DNA of 64,000 nt from assembly GCA_026770705.1 (NCBI GenBank), contig JANJGN010000034.1, positions 3,534,001-3,598,000 of the forward strand. Direction: 5' to 3'. The translations under genes were made by a program, and so were the position numbers. The notes below the pieces were generated by a model, which was not told the DNA's origin, searched no databases, and worked only from the letters and a program-made list of their open reading frames with translations. Source of the DNA: Isurus oxyrinchus (lineage: Eukaryota). Of the stretch, positions 11,901-26,900 are shown one piece after another (position 1 is the stretch's first letter; every line of letters starts with the position of its first letter).

Positions 11901-14900
11901 TCAATAGGAATGATTTAATAGGAATGCAGTGGAGCAATATGGTCAAAGAGGTAGACATAATTCTCTGCAGACGAGAGCAGTGTACACGCGGCTGTGTTGC
12001 GGGTCTGGCGCCAATAATCTATCTCCATGCTTCGGGATGGAGCCACAATTGAATTGTGAGGGGTGAACCTTTTCGCCATCCTCCCAGGCATTGCTGACAC
12101 TATTGATGGAACTAGTACAATAATTCTGCTGAGAGACTATGAGCACCAACGTGCTTAATTAGAATGCAGAACCTCAATGGTAATGATCTCTGAATTGCCA
12201 CCTGAGTAACAAACAAATTTCAATATAATAATTTAGAATAAAGAGTTACACGCTTGCGCAAAAAGATGGTGTAGGAGAAGTGGGCTTCGGATCAATGGGC
12301 ATTGATGCCAATGCTGCAGAATTTGGGATATGCTACATTGGAACAGAGTTCTCCAGAGGCGTACTGGGACGAATATGCTGGAGAGCGATATGTTTAGGGG
12401 TGGGGTTAAATTAATGTGGGAAAATACCAAATTTCAGAAGATATGATGAATTAATTTTGGAAGTGAAGGGAAAAGTGTTAGGTGGAAGTAAGGTGACTAA
12501 TCATTAGATTAAAACAAGGAGAGGCAGTGTTTAAAAACCTGAGAATGCAACAGCATTCATGGCTAGAGAGTGGAAAAGTCACGTGAAAATGTGCAGCTAA
12601 AGGCATTGTATGACTGCACGCAGCATTGTTAGCAATACAGATGAATTGCCAGAACAGTTAGATAAAATGTGTATGATTTTATAGCCGTTCCAGAGACATC
12701 GCTACAGGATGACAAAGGCAAACCTATATATTCGAGAGTACATGATATTTAGGAAATGAAGGCGGCTATATAAACTTGGAAGTGTATCTCGTTTAGTAAA
12801 GGATGATATTGGTAAATTAGAGGTAACTGATGTTAGATTTGAAGATCATGATGTAGAATCAGTTCAGCTAGAGATGAGAAAGTGTACATTCAAGATATCA
12901 CTTGTTTATAGGCCTCCTCACCATAGTGTAAAACAGGATAAATAGGACTAAAGAATGGTGCCTTCAGAGGATGTAACGATGGTAATAATGAACAAGTACA
13001 ATCTTCATGTACAATTGACAAATCAGATTGACCAATGTAGCATAATTGGTGAAGTCATAGACTGTTAGCGATACAGTTGTATTGAGCATCACGTTTTAGC
13101 ACGAAGCAGAGAGCAGGCTACTGTTGATCTGACAGTGTGCAATGGGACTGGATTAATTAATGTCCTCATATTGAAGGAACCCCTGGTCGCATTGATCATA
13201 ACATGATCGAATTTTACATTCAGTTTGAAGGAGACAGCAATGGATATAAGAGTGCTGCTTTAATCTTAAATAAGGGCAATTATGAGGGAGTATGAAGACG
13301 GAGCTGAATAAAGTGAACTGGAAAACTATGTAAAATGAGAGGTCAGTGGAGTTTTGGAGGCAGACATTTAAGAATATATTTCAGAATGCTCAGAAAAGAT
13401 TCAGCCTTTGAAAAGTGAAGATGCTAAGAGAAGAGAACTTCATCAGTTGCTAAATAAAGAAGCTTCACATTCACTCAGATTGAAATAAAACGCATACAAT
13501 TTCACTGTGATGTTTTTCAAACCAGAAGATTCGAAAGGAGAAAAAGCAGAGAAAATCATAGCTATAAGAAGATAATACCTTTGGAGAAATTGGAATACTA
13601 GAGAAAGTTGAGTAGGAATACAAAAACAGATAATCAGAGTGTGTAGATACATTTATAAGACCATAAGACATGGCAACAGAAATTAGGCCATTCAGCCCAT
13701 CGAGTCTGCTCCACCATTCAACCATGGCTGATATGTTTCTCAACCCCATTCTCCCGCCTTCTCCCCATAACCTTTGATCACCTTACCAATCATTATCTCG
13801 GTATTAAATACACTCAATGACCTGGCTTCCACAGCCCTCTGTGGCAATGATTTCCATAGATTCACCACTCTCTGGCTAAAGAAGTTTCTCCTCATCTCTG
13901 CTCTAAAAGGTCTTCCCTGTCATCTGAGTCTGTGCCCTCGTGTACTACAATCTCCTCCTAATCTTCCTCACAACCAGTCTATCCAGGCCTTTCATTATTC
14001 TGTAAGTTTCTGTCAGATCCTCACTCATCCTTCTTATCTCCATGGAGTATAGACCCAGAATCCTCAAACGTTCCGTATATTTTAACCCTTTGATTCCTGG
14101 CATCATTCTCGTGAACCTCCTCCAGGGCCAGCCCTTCCTTCCTGAGATACGGGGCCTAAAATTGCTCACAATATTCTAAAGGTAGTCTTACCAAATCCTT
14201 ATAATTCCTGAGCAACACATCGCTGCTTTTATATTCTAGTCCTTTCGAAATGAAGGCCAAAATTATATTTGCCTTCCAAACTACCGACTCAAACTGCAAG
14301 TTAACCTTCAGAGAATCCTGGACTAGGACTCCCAAGTCCCTTTGCAGATTTCTGAATTCTCTCCCCATTTAGAAAATATTCTATTCTTCCTACCAAAGTG
14401 CATGAGCTCACACTTCCCCACGTTCTATTCCAGCTGCCTATTCTTTGGCCATTCTCCTAACCTGTCCAAATATTTCTGAAGCCTTCCCGCCTCCTCAATA
14501 CTACATATCCCTCCACTTACCTTTGAAAAGCAATGTAGTGATAAGTGGCTATTTTTTTGTGTTGTTATGTTGTGCCACGTGCAGTGCCACTGGGATTGGT
14601 GCTTGGGATTCAATTGCTTACATTTTATATCAATGACTTGAATGAAGAGACATAATGCATGGTTGCTATATATGCTGCAGACACAAGGACAAGAAAACCA
14701 TTTGTGGCTTGGACATTAAGAGTGCGCAAAGCGGCAAGAGAGGTTAAGTGAATGGAATGAAGACTTGGCAGATGGATTAAAATGGAAGAAGTTGTGAACT
14801 CCACCAATTTGTGGGGAAGCATACAAAAGCAGCACTCCACTTAAATGGATAGGCTCTTTAGCACACTGATGTATAGAGCGATCAGGACATGCTGGTAGAT

Positions 14901-17900
14901 GGCTCAGAAAAAATCAGTTTGCTGGTACCGCAAATGGTTAGGAAGTCAAAAGGAATAGGGTCAAGTATTGAAAGGGATTCAAACATACGATTGGGTTGAT
15001 TTATTACAGTTCTACAGGGCTTTGTTGTATCCACGTTTACAGTGCTGTGTAAAATTCTGATCTTCTTATTAAAAAAGGATAAAAATGATTTTAAGTTGTT
15101 CATAAAGGATATACTCAACTTATTGCTTTGATGGATGTTGGGGGCTAATCTCCGAAGAATGGTTTGACAATCTAGGTCTGTATGCATGCATTCAACCAAG
15201 TTTGTATCCATAAATCCCCCACACAAAATCAATTGGCTACTGGTTCACTTGGACCAGTTATTGAACCCGACCAGCGATGTCAATAATGTGCCTTCAAGAG
15301 TAGGTCAAGGGCTGAGAGTTTAGCGGTGATTATCCCAAATGCTGAATTTCCGAAGCCTTTCCACCATCTGCAATGCAAACAGGGTGAGCACAATGGAGTA
15401 CTGTCCACTGCCCGGCATGAGCACAGCTGTGACAAAGCTGAAGAGATGCCAAACTATCAAGGACAAGGTATTCCTTCCGAATGGCACCCCGCCCAGAACC
15501 TTAAAAGAAATAATTCCCTCAACTACGTATGCAGAGTGTCAACAGTGTGACTCATCAAGAAGGTGCACAATAGCAGTCTAGCAAGGTACTTCTCATAGCA
15601 ATTCCCAGCGAACCCAACAGACTAAATTGACACTGGTATCTTGAGAATTGAACGCCAACACCTGCGAGCTCGATTCATATCTGATGCTGTGTTCTAATTA
15701 GTTTGCTGTTCCACCAAGACAAAATCCAGGATTTCCATCCCCAATAGCCCTGCGGGTGCATGTATGAAAATACGGAGGCAGCTCAATAGCATTTTTGCAA
15801 AGGCATCTAAAGATGTGCAACGGGTGCTGGCATGGCCAGCGCCGCCCACAGATAATGAATTAATTAATTATTAAATGGTTCGCTTGTCGAGCTGCTGAGC
15901 TCTTGAATTCTTTTGTGAACTCCTTAAGCCTTTACAGTTTGTTCCTCTTTTGTCAGTCGTTGCTTAAATTCTCACGCTTTGAAGATTAACTTCGCCTTCT
16001 TTTCATTATTTTTTGCTGAGTTTTTGGCTCAAATCATGCTTCATAATGTTCGGCTGCCAATTAGATTATTTTCTGGTCGCTAGGTCACTACACCTATTTT
16101 GTATTCTTATGTTCTCTATTATACAATGACAAAATAAGAATTTCAGAAATATAGAATATTGCCGCTCAGGAAGGCAACCATTCTGCTTGAAGTTCGGTCG
16201 AAGTTCTTCCTCTGAGAATATTCGGCTGTTTTCACCTCTCCATGCTTTCTCCGAATTGCTGCATTTGATTTTTTCAATTCATATACTGGGATTGTTTGAA
16301 AGCTGAAATTCATGCGTTAACCAGTCAGTGCCCACAAAATCATGAGTATTAAATGCTGAAATATAAGTATATTGATGGGCATGCTTGTTCTGACAATCAA
16401 CTAAATTCCCTTCTTTCCAAAACTCTTCAACGATTGACAACAGCGTATTTTTATTTTAGACGTCGAAACAAATCATGACCTTAAAAAAATAATGTCTCCC
16501 AATGAGAGCCTTAGGCTTCCTTCCACAAAGGAATTTCATATATTCTCCAGGCTTGCACCTCATTGCAACTATTGATTCCGGGCCCAAGCTCGAACACACA
16601 AGCAATATAAAATATAATTTCTGCATACGGCTTTAATATTGCAGTGGACCGCATGTACTCAGGATGGAGGCTTTAACAAAAAATAAATATAAAACAAAAA
16701 TAAATTCGCAGAACTGGTAGGCATTTGGTAAAATAGGTTTCTATGGTATTAAGTGAGTTTTCATGTTTGGCTGAGCAAAATAAAATGAGGTAAAATAACA
16801 CGTAAATTAAATTTTAACTTATGTGGTTGGCCAATATTGTAGCAATACTCAGATAAGAAATATTTTTCTGAGATAAATTAACAATTAAGAAGCAAATCGA
16901 ATGGCGTTATGTGAAGGAGATTCAACTTGAAGTAATGTTTCGCTGCAGGTGGCACAGATTGACTGTTTACACATAGCAGTAAATTGAGGTGCCGGCTTCA
17001 ACATCAGACTTTAAGGAAGGAATCAAAGAGCGATTAAAGTAGAAACATAATTTACCAGAGGTTGACTAGAATTTGGAACTGGCTGGCATGGCAGTAAGTT
17101 AGTAACATTGCATTTTGTTTTGATCTGAGCGACTTTTTGCGTCATGACGCTGCAATCTCTATGCAATCAAACTCAAAAACGTCAACATAAGTCTATACAG
17201 TGCATTATTTATTATTTGATTTCCAACAGCGTAAAATTATTGGCAGCAGGCTACTAGATCAGCATATGTGTTAAGCGCAATGTCTACCTACCCCTCCAGT
17301 GTTGCCCTGCAGTTCCTGAGGACTCTAAGATTAATCTCATGGGTTGCTCCGATATAAACTTGGAGATAAAACACAATGCTGGGAAACACATTAAGTAAAA
17401 ATGATTTTGAGGACTTTATTAACTGTCCTTGAATTAATAAATAGAGCAATAACACCGTTGGATAACAGTGAAATGTTATCAAAAAGCCATCAATGTATGA
17501 AAGATCATAAGATGTATATTATTGTTGGTTGACAAACATTTCTGCCTAATAGGGCATCCTTATGGTATAACGATGACCACATCCATTGTATGTTATTGAC
17601 AAGGTTGAAGTTAATCCACAAACCCTACCAAACAATGACAGAACCATTTTATTTTCTTTCATATTTTGTTCAGCAGAGGAGAAGTACTATCACCCTAGAA
17701 TTGCATTGGGAAAATAGTGAAACGAACGGAGTCCCTATCATATAGATGTCATAACCGCTGTGATACAATTCGACTTAAAGCATGTGCCAATGTCATTCAG
17801 AAATGTATGTACTCAATTCACCAAAATCGAAACAATAATAATTCTAAAATGGAAAGTTAAATTTTGGAAAGATCTTTATTTAATTTATCTGCTGTGGAAA

Positions 17901-20900
17901 AAAATATTGTTTTGATCCCTCACTAATAAGAAAGTTAACAATGTTTCCCTCTCCCCGGATGCTGTCCAATCTTTTCCTAATTTGAAATATATAGAAAGAA
18001 AATGCAATGCATTCATTTGTGAATAATGGAAAATATGCATTTATGTAAGATTTTTATGCAAACACTTTGCTTATAACCTCAGCCTCAAAGTAAAGGAAAT
18101 AAAACAGTGCACAAATCGAATGACGAGGCACCCTGAAAACGGGTTAGGATCTCTGATGTATTTAACGAGGGGGCAGGGACAGAAATAATAAGGTAACAAA
18201 TGCCAATGCTAACGGCAGAAAAAAAGATGAAAGCACATTCGCGTAGTTTAGGCTGAAGGGTGTTTGAAAAATTCAAATGCCAAAAGCCGTGGAGCTGCGA
18301 GATTTTTCTGTTCTTTCATTTGTTTAAATCGTACTTTTGAGGGACCATGCAACAATTGAAGTAAACAGCTCCAGCGTTGAGGAACAAAAGGGGACATGGA
18401 TTACAACAGCAGGGCTTGGGTGAAACGACATCTAAGGAAGAAACAATGTGTAGGCTTCAACAGGACATTGAAATGCTCAGCAGGTATAGAGGCATGTGTG
18501 TTATTGTGAGAAATGTTATGAAAATATCATAGCTTGAGTAGGATTTTTCCCTACCTTTGGCTTTTACCGCTTCTGTAATATATGCGAGATATGTGTTAGT
18601 ACTTTCATGCCAGCAAAAAAACAAAGTTCCTTGTTTCTCTGGAACAATAATCAGTAATAACTTCATTCATGCAGAATTCATTGTTCAGTATGTGGAAGCA
18701 AAATTAACAACGCAAATGCAAAACTGAATAATTTAATTATCTGGCTTCTGGTATGGCCTCAGGTCACCCTACTCCGCCTTACGAACAACGTGATTCCTTG
18801 GACATACAATGACCGTTTAAGATTTGTCCTCGGACGGCTACAACGATTTTGATTCATTAATGATCTGGCCATTTTTTTTTGAATGTCAGTGTTAATTTTT
18901 TAATCGACAGATCAATCTACAGAAATGTTGAGAAGTAAAGCCAGTGCACCAGAACAGCATACCACTTATTCTATAGGAATGGTCCACACAGTCAATTGAT
19001 CTAGTTAACTGGAGAACAGATGCTGCTCTCCTCCACATAAAATGCAGAAATCAAAATTATGTTTGGAATCATGGTTGCCTAGGAGAGTTTAGCACAATAA
19101 AACCGTTTTTATACTTATTCTGCACAATTCAAGGAATGAACTTAATTATACAAGACAAACAGTCCTCATGTTGAATTGATGTGCTCTATTTATAGCTTTA
19201 TTCAATATAAACCATAATGCACAAAAATAATACTTTGCATATTTCTTCACCTTGTCTTTTTCTCATATGAAGAGAACATCCATAGCATAGGAACGTCATC
19301 CATGTATATGTGACCCCTCATCCAATCAGCTCAGGAAAACTACAAACATTTAGAATGCTGTAAAATTAAATGAGCGATGGAAGGCAGTCATCTAACAATA
19401 TGTGATGGGGTAATTCTGTTAATTAAACTTGACATGACAATGGTAGTGAGAGAAGATCTTAGAAACAAATATCTAATTGTATAATTCAGTTTGTGCATTG
19501 GTACAAAATTGAATCGTAAGATCTTGTTTGTGTGCGTAATTAGTTGTGCGAGTAGTAACAATTAAGTTCAAGTATGCACGAAGCAATATTGAAGGATTGT
19601 AGGATATTTGGTTCCATGGCCATTAGAAGTTTTGCTGCACATGTATATTGGACAAATCGAATTCGCAATCATAAGCTAGACGAGTAGTTCATATTGACTT
19701 TTCAGATATTTTATGTAATGCAGCACCATGTACAGCTATCAAAACAGCAGGACATTTTCGACCTGTCAATGTGCAATGAGGCAGGAGCAATTAATTATCT
19801 CACAGGGAAAAAAAAATCTCCAGATGGTTTTCCTTATGACATGATCGAAATTGGCATTAAGCATAAGTTCAATAAATTTGGCTCAGGGATTTACATTTCA
19901 TTCAATATTATTTCTCTTCTTCCAAACTTAAATTAAGAAAAAAACTACAAGATTATGACACTGCCCAAAGTGATCTGGGAAATTATGTCAAAGTGTAGAA
20001 CAGATTGGATTCAATGGCAGATATTGAAGCAGGTCTTGCAGAACACTCAGGAAGTGCAATTTGCAGTGAGCAAGATAGAACATAGGAAAATGTAAGGCCA
20101 TTCTTGGCCAACTATTTGATTCAGCGATAGTATAACATTGATGGAAAGGAGTATAAATCTGAAAAGTGCAATAGTAATTCGTAAAGTTGTACAGCTTTTG
20201 GTGTCCAACAACAAATTACCAAAAAAAAAATCAATAAGAAGGAATAAATTAGAATATGAGAACAATCGAGCTAGAAATAGAGAATGCAATAACAAGGCGA
20301 ACTAAGTATTTGAAAATAATGTCGAAGTCGAGTGTTGGTCGTGCAGGTAGAGGATCTATGTAACTAAGAATAGGAAGCATTGAACACACAGCTTTTGTCT
20401 GTCTTCACAGTAAAATACAGAAGTGTTGTGGCAAAAACGCATGTAAATCAAGAGGGAAAAGTGATAGAGGCACTTAAATCATTTGGAAAACTGCATTCAG
20501 AAAACTATTGGAACCAGTGCTGACAAGTCCGCAGAACCCAATGGCTAGCATTATATTGTGTTAAAGGAAATGGCTGCTGCGATAGTAGCTGCATTCGCTG
20601 CAATTTTCCAGAAGTCCCTTTATTGTGGAAAGTTGGCATAAACTTTGGAAAATAGAGAGTTCGAGAAATAAGGGATATCTGCCTTACGAAAAATGCCAGA
20701 ATATATTATTAAAGAGTTGAGAGCAAGAGATTAGGAAAACTTAATGCAATGAGAAAGAGGCAACACAAATTCAAATTGAGTTTAATTATTTTTTGTTTTG
20801 AGATCTTTGAAGAATTAGCATGGAGCATGTATAAAAGTGGACCGGCAGATGTACTTTATTGAAGTTGCAGAAGACATAAAAAGCTTGCAAAGTAATATAG

Positions 20901-23900
20901 ATAGCTTAAGCGAGTGGGCAAATTATTGGCAGATTGAATATAAGTGTGAAAATATGAATACCTCCACGTTAAGAGGGTGAACAGGACATTCATAACTCTC
21001 TAAATTGGAATGGCTTTTAGAGCTTTGTGTTTCATAGATATCTTCGTATTATGTTATATAAAACTGAACAAAAATATTATGCACTTGTTGGAAGTAATTA
21101 GGTCGTTAAATCAAATGGTATTCTTTTAATGCAAAGGAAAATAATTATAAAATTGGCTAAGTTTTGATACTGTTGTACATAGCTTGGGCAAGGCCACAGT
21201 TGCAGTGCTGTTGGCAGTTTTCTCTTGCCTGTATGCATAGTGGCATAATTGTATAAGAAGCAGCTCATCGTTCAATCGGCTGATTCGTGCAATATTGATG
21301 ACATAGTTCAACGCAATTTTTCGTGCCCAGGCGAAGGCGGACACACCAAGCAGCCAGGAGACCTTTATGCTTTTCATGAATCTTCTTCTAAGGGCGCAAT
21401 GAAATCTCCGTTCGGAAACAAAATAAACATAAATATCTGGAGACAGCATTTTTATGACGTATGATTTCAGGCGCTTGATTCTGCTGTCAGGAAATTTTGC
21501 TTCCCACTTTTTATTTATGTTCCATTTTGTTATTTGCAGGTCTGTAGGCCCCTGGGGCAGCTCTCAGCCTTGAGAGTGCTCTCCCACTGTTTTCCCACGT
21601 GTTCGATAACGTCCTCAAAGATCATTGAATAGACGCCCTCATTTAGGCGGCCCTGAGCTTTTTAGCACACATTTCATGCTGGCTAGGTGTTAATTGACAG
21701 GACTAAATGGAATATCCGTCAGTTCCTATTGCCTAGGGCACGTTTCCTGCATGTTCCCGTACCCACCGACCGCACATGCCCAACAAGGGATAAAGTCAAC
21801 CCATAATCTATTGTGATGAAAGTGCACCAGTGCCAGTATACAATCATGTGTAGAAGGACTCATTGAAACGTATACAATCCTGAAGGAACCTGGCAGCGTT
21901 TCTTTGTTCATTCTTGGGCTGGTTAGGCCTGAATATATTGCCCATCATTCATTGTTCTTGGGTAGGTGATGATGAGCTGTCTTCTTGGACCATTGCAGTC
22001 TTCTGGTGTAGCAAAACACACGGCGCAGTTACGGAGGGATTGAGATGATTTCGACCAAGTGGCAGTGAAGGAACGTGATATAATTCCAAGTCAGGATACG
22101 AGGGGAATTTGCATTTGCTGTTCTTCCAATCTGTCAGGTACCATTGACTTTCAATATTGTAACAGCTTTGGATTTTTGTTGTGTTCAATAGGAGCTTGGT
22201 GCATTCTTGCAGCGCACCTTGCTCATAGTACACACTGGCGTCATTGTTTGATGGTGCTACAGGAAGTGAGCATTTGCGGATGGGATGCTAATCAATGAGG
22301 CTGCTTTCTCCTGAATTGTGGGAAGCTTCTTGAGTTTGGTTGGAGCTGAACTCATCCAGACAACTGGAGATTTTCATTCACACTCCTCAGTTATGCCTTG
22401 TAGATGGTGATGGTGTTTGGGGCGTCAGGTGATGATTTCGCTGCCACATCTTTGCTAGACAATGAACTGCTTTTGTAGCCACAGTAAATATATAGCTAGC
22501 CACAACAAATATATGGCTAGCCCAATGCAGTGTATAGCCCGTTATTAGCCCATGATGTTCATCAGATGATTTGCCTTGTGGGACAGATTGTTTCTGTTTC
22601 TTTCAGGGGTCATATATTGAAAATAAAGTAGTCTTCTAATTAAGATGGAGATAAGTAATATTTTTTTTCCTGCAGGGTGATGCTAATTTGTGGAATTCCT
22701 ATACACAGTGAGCTGTGGATGTAGGGTAATGAAATTACATTACAGGCTTACTTAGTAGGGATGTAAACTGCGACCAGCGTCAGACAGTGCTGGCCTGCCA
22801 AAATTAGAAGATGTTAACATTTAATTATCCGGTCTTAAAATCCTGTTGCCACTTCCGTTCGCCAGAGCTGATTGGGACCTGCATGAAAGACTCCTCACAG
22901 TACACAGCGAAGCTAAGCTCTATGCCATTTAACTTCACGCCCTCTTTTCTGGCAGTTGCTGCCATAAAGCAGGTAAGTTTAAAGGGCCAGGGATATAGGC
23001 AGGCCAGGTTCAAGTTAAGTAGCGAATTAAATTGTATAGGATTTGTGGAGTGGGTGTGCCTGGGGTTGTACCATGTTCCGTGTGGTCGTAGAGAGCTCGG
23101 TGTGTGGTGGGGAGAGTGTGGGCTGGGACGTTTCAGAAGCCGGTGATGGGAGCATTGAGGATGGTCGTACAGTATCGCAGAAGTGGCCGGTGTGCCAGGT
23201 ATCAGGGAGGTGGAGGGTGTCGCGGAATGGGGTTTGTCGGAATGGCGTACAGATGGGGCTTTTCTAAGGTCCGAGTCTTGTTCGAATTCTGGGGCTTGGG
23301 GGATTGTTGGAGTTTGTCCAAGTGGGGCTGTGGGGCATCGAGGCGCTGTTGGAGAATGGGGGTGATGTTGGGATTCACGGTGAAGGTTGGGTGAGGTTGG
23401 TGGCGGAGGTCCGAGCTGCGTGTGCCGCAAGCCAATAAGTGGCTGTTGTCGGAGGTTGGGAGCTAGTATTAACCCCAGTTAGGGGTGGAGCGAGCAGATA
23501 GTATTGCCGGAGAGAGGGAGAGTGCAGTGGGGTCATTCTGGTGCTCTGCAATAGTTACTCAGATGTTAGAAGAGGTTTTCATTGTTCTCAATTTTTCTGA
23601 CAAACTGCTGGCAAAAACCCGATGGAACCATTCAATCTCACCGATTCACAGAGCACTTTCCGTTGGTTCCCAGGGCAGCCCAGTTGTCCAGTAAAAGTGT
23701 GCACTTCTGGCCAAATGCCGTGGATCCCCAGCCCTATTTCTGTGTCTTTCCCAAATCCGACGCCAAGGAGCTGGTCAGTTAAGGGCAATTGATTCCTTCG
23801 TGACAAGCCAGTCCAAGGTTTTTGTTCAAATATCTTAAAATGCCTTTTGAAAATCTTTCCTTGATTATTGTTTCTATTAGGCTTCAGACCACTGATGCTA

Positions 23901-26900
23901 GAAAGTCTACCCTGTCGCAACTAAGACTGTCCTTTCTTGAATAAGCTTTGTACAGTCGCCATCCTTTAATCTTCCGACACCAACCAGGAACATAAGGAAG
24001 TTTATAACATGATGTGAAGCCCTTGCAGTGTCTACACCTTGAATTCCTTTAGCAGTCTGCGATGCGAGTAACCCAGTCCACGCAATATTATTTATGCTGG
24101 ATCTTTAGCCTTTACTGTATTTAACACTTCTCTATGTCTTTGGAAGAGGAAGGCATAAAATATGGGCTGTATCTACCGTGGAAAGTAGATCATTTAGCTT
24201 TTTACTCCTATAATTTTGTCATTAAGCATTCGTTTAAACCTAGCATTTTGAGATGATAGTCCCTTGCAGGTCGATTATACTTTCCAATGATATCTGTGAT
24301 ATATAACTAATAACTACTAAGAACTTAAGAAAACATGGCAGGCGCCGACCTTTCGACCACTCGAGACCAATCAACCATTCAATAAGTTCATGATTTATTG
24401 TGCTTATATTTCCAAATTGCAATCTGATCTCAATTACCTATGGTTCCCTTGCCTAATAGTAATCTATGTAATTGTGGCTTAAAAAATATTCAAGAACCCC
24501 ACTTCCACCAGCTTCTGATGTAGAGAGCTCCAGAGCCGCACAATTCTCTGAAAGAGAAAAATACATTTTCTCATATCTGTCCAGAAAGGGCGACAGCTAA
24601 TTTATGAACAGTGCACCCTTGTTCTGGGCTCACCAACAAGAGGAAACATCTTTTACACATTAACCTTATCAAGGCCGTTCAGGACTTTGTATGATTCTGT
24701 CAAATTTCCCCTCAGTCTTCTAAACTCCACTGGAAACAAGGCGAGTCTGTCCAATCTTTCCTCATAAGACAAACCACTCATTCCAGGTATCATTCTAGTA
24801 AACCTCAATCGCACCGCCTCCGATGCATTTACATCCTAATTTAAAGAAGGAGACACATACTGCACACAATGTTCGAGATGCAGCCTCACCAATGCTCTGT
24901 ATAACGGAAGCATCACATTGTTATTTTTATGTTTAATCCCATCTCGTAATAAAGGATAGCATTAGATTAGCCTTCTTAATTCCTGTGCCTGCACAATAAC
25001 TTTTTGTGATACGTGGTGGAACATTAGATCCCTCTGTACCTCAGAGTTATGCACAGTCCACAATTTAAGTAATCCTCTGTTTTTTGTTCTTCCTGCCAAA
25101 GTGAACAACTTCAAATTTTCCAACATCAAACTCCATTGTACAGTATTTTGCCACTTACTCATCCTTTCGATATTCAACTTCAATCTTCTAATGTCCTTTC
25201 ACAACACAATGTCCTACCTATCCTTGTGACGTCTGCAAATTTATCTATGGTGTGTTCGCTCCCCTCATCAAAGTCATTCAATAAATGGTAAAAAGATTAA
25301 GCCTCAGCGCTGTCCCATATGGGAAGGCACTGGTCACCTACTGTCAATGCGAAAGAAACGACCCGTGTTTACATGCTCTCTTCTTGCTAGACAGTCATCC
25401 ATTTACTCATGCTAATATGGTACGCCATACACCATGCAGTTTTATTTTCTGCAATGACCCTTGATGTGGCACCTTATCAAATCCAAGTACCTTGTGCCTA
25501 AAGGCTCCCTTTTATGCACTGTGCAAGTAAGTCTTTGAAAAAGCTCAAATAAATTTGTTAAAATGATGTCTTTTTCCCGAAACCATTCTGACTCTTTCCG
25601 ATTCCGGTGAATTTTCATGTGCCCAGCTTTAATCTCATTAATAATCGATACTAACAACCTCCCCACTACAGACTTCAAACCAACTGGCCTATGGATTCCT
25701 AGTTTCTGCCAGCCTCTCTTGTTGAATGGCAAAGTTATACGCGCTTCTCGCTAATCTGATGGAACCTTTCTAGAATGTGGCAAATTGTGGAAAATTTGCA
25801 TTCAGCGCATCATAAAAACTCATTGGCCACCTAGAAAGGACCCGACGATGAAGCCCATTTGGACTCTGAGACAGGAAATCACGCAATGCTATCAATTGGC
25901 TCAGTACTGTTTATCTAGTGATTTCAAATTCACATTGTTCCTCTCTCTCTTTCACCTCTTGATTTGCAGTAATATACAGGAATATTTCCATGTATCTTCT
26001 ACAGTAAATGCAGAAACAAAGTATTTTTTTCATTTATTCTGTCATTTCCTTATTATCTACGACTATCACAGCAATGTCACTCTCTGGAGGACCAACACTC
26101 ACTTAAATTTATTTTTCCCCTTCAATTGCCGATAAAAACACTTGGTATCCGTGTTTACATTTCTAACTTCTTCTCATTCCCTAATTTATTTTCCCAATTA
26201 ACGTTTTAATCATTCTCTTCTTTTATTTATATTCTGTTCAACCATCTGCCCTGCTACTCATCTCAGCTGAGTTGTATGCTTTTTGCTTAAGTTTGATGTT
26301 TTTCACAACTTATTTAGTTAACCTTGGATGATATGTCATCCTATTAGAATTGTCCTTTAGAATTTGAATGTAATTATTCTGAATACGCTGAAATATCTGT
26401 GCTACTGCTCCTTTATTGATCAAAACTTTATTTTATTTTGCTAGTTCAGGTCAGCTAACTGAGCCTCATCTGCATATATCTGCTTGTATTTAAGTTAATG
26501 ATACTAGTCCTAGACCCACTGTTCTCCCTTCCAAACCCAATGTAATACTCAAACATATTTTGGTTGTTGTTACCTAGGGGTGGTTTTATTTTGAGGTCTT
26601 TACTTAGCCCAGTGACTTCGCCCACTACCAATCCTCATATAACCTGCAGCCTGCTTCGTTCGGGAATATGCTGCGCTAAAAAAAAACAATCTTGAAACCA
26701 TTCTAAATGCTCCTCATCCAGGCTACTAATGGCAATCTGATTTTTCAAGTTTATGTGTAGAATAACATCCACCAAGATTGTCACCACCACTTTATCAAAT
26801 GTTCACAATATATTCCCTTGAAAACACTGCGGCTGCTGTAAGGAGACCTGTAGACCACTGCCACTAAGCCAGTTTTCCCTGACTATTCCTCTTGTCCACC

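Noticed and set aside
17288-17358. Minus-strand segment reading [11 protein letters not shown], resembling the Cys-type exons
   Set aside because: The matching frame gives 35 nt ending in a stop, or a 67-nt frame-shifting exon. The clean 33-nt option gives a non-heptad peptide with a poor pyrimidine tract. It could be a dead exon.
22825-23430. 201-aa Pro/Ser/Thr/His-rich ORF
   Set aside because: Product of G-rich compositional bias in a repeat-like segment.
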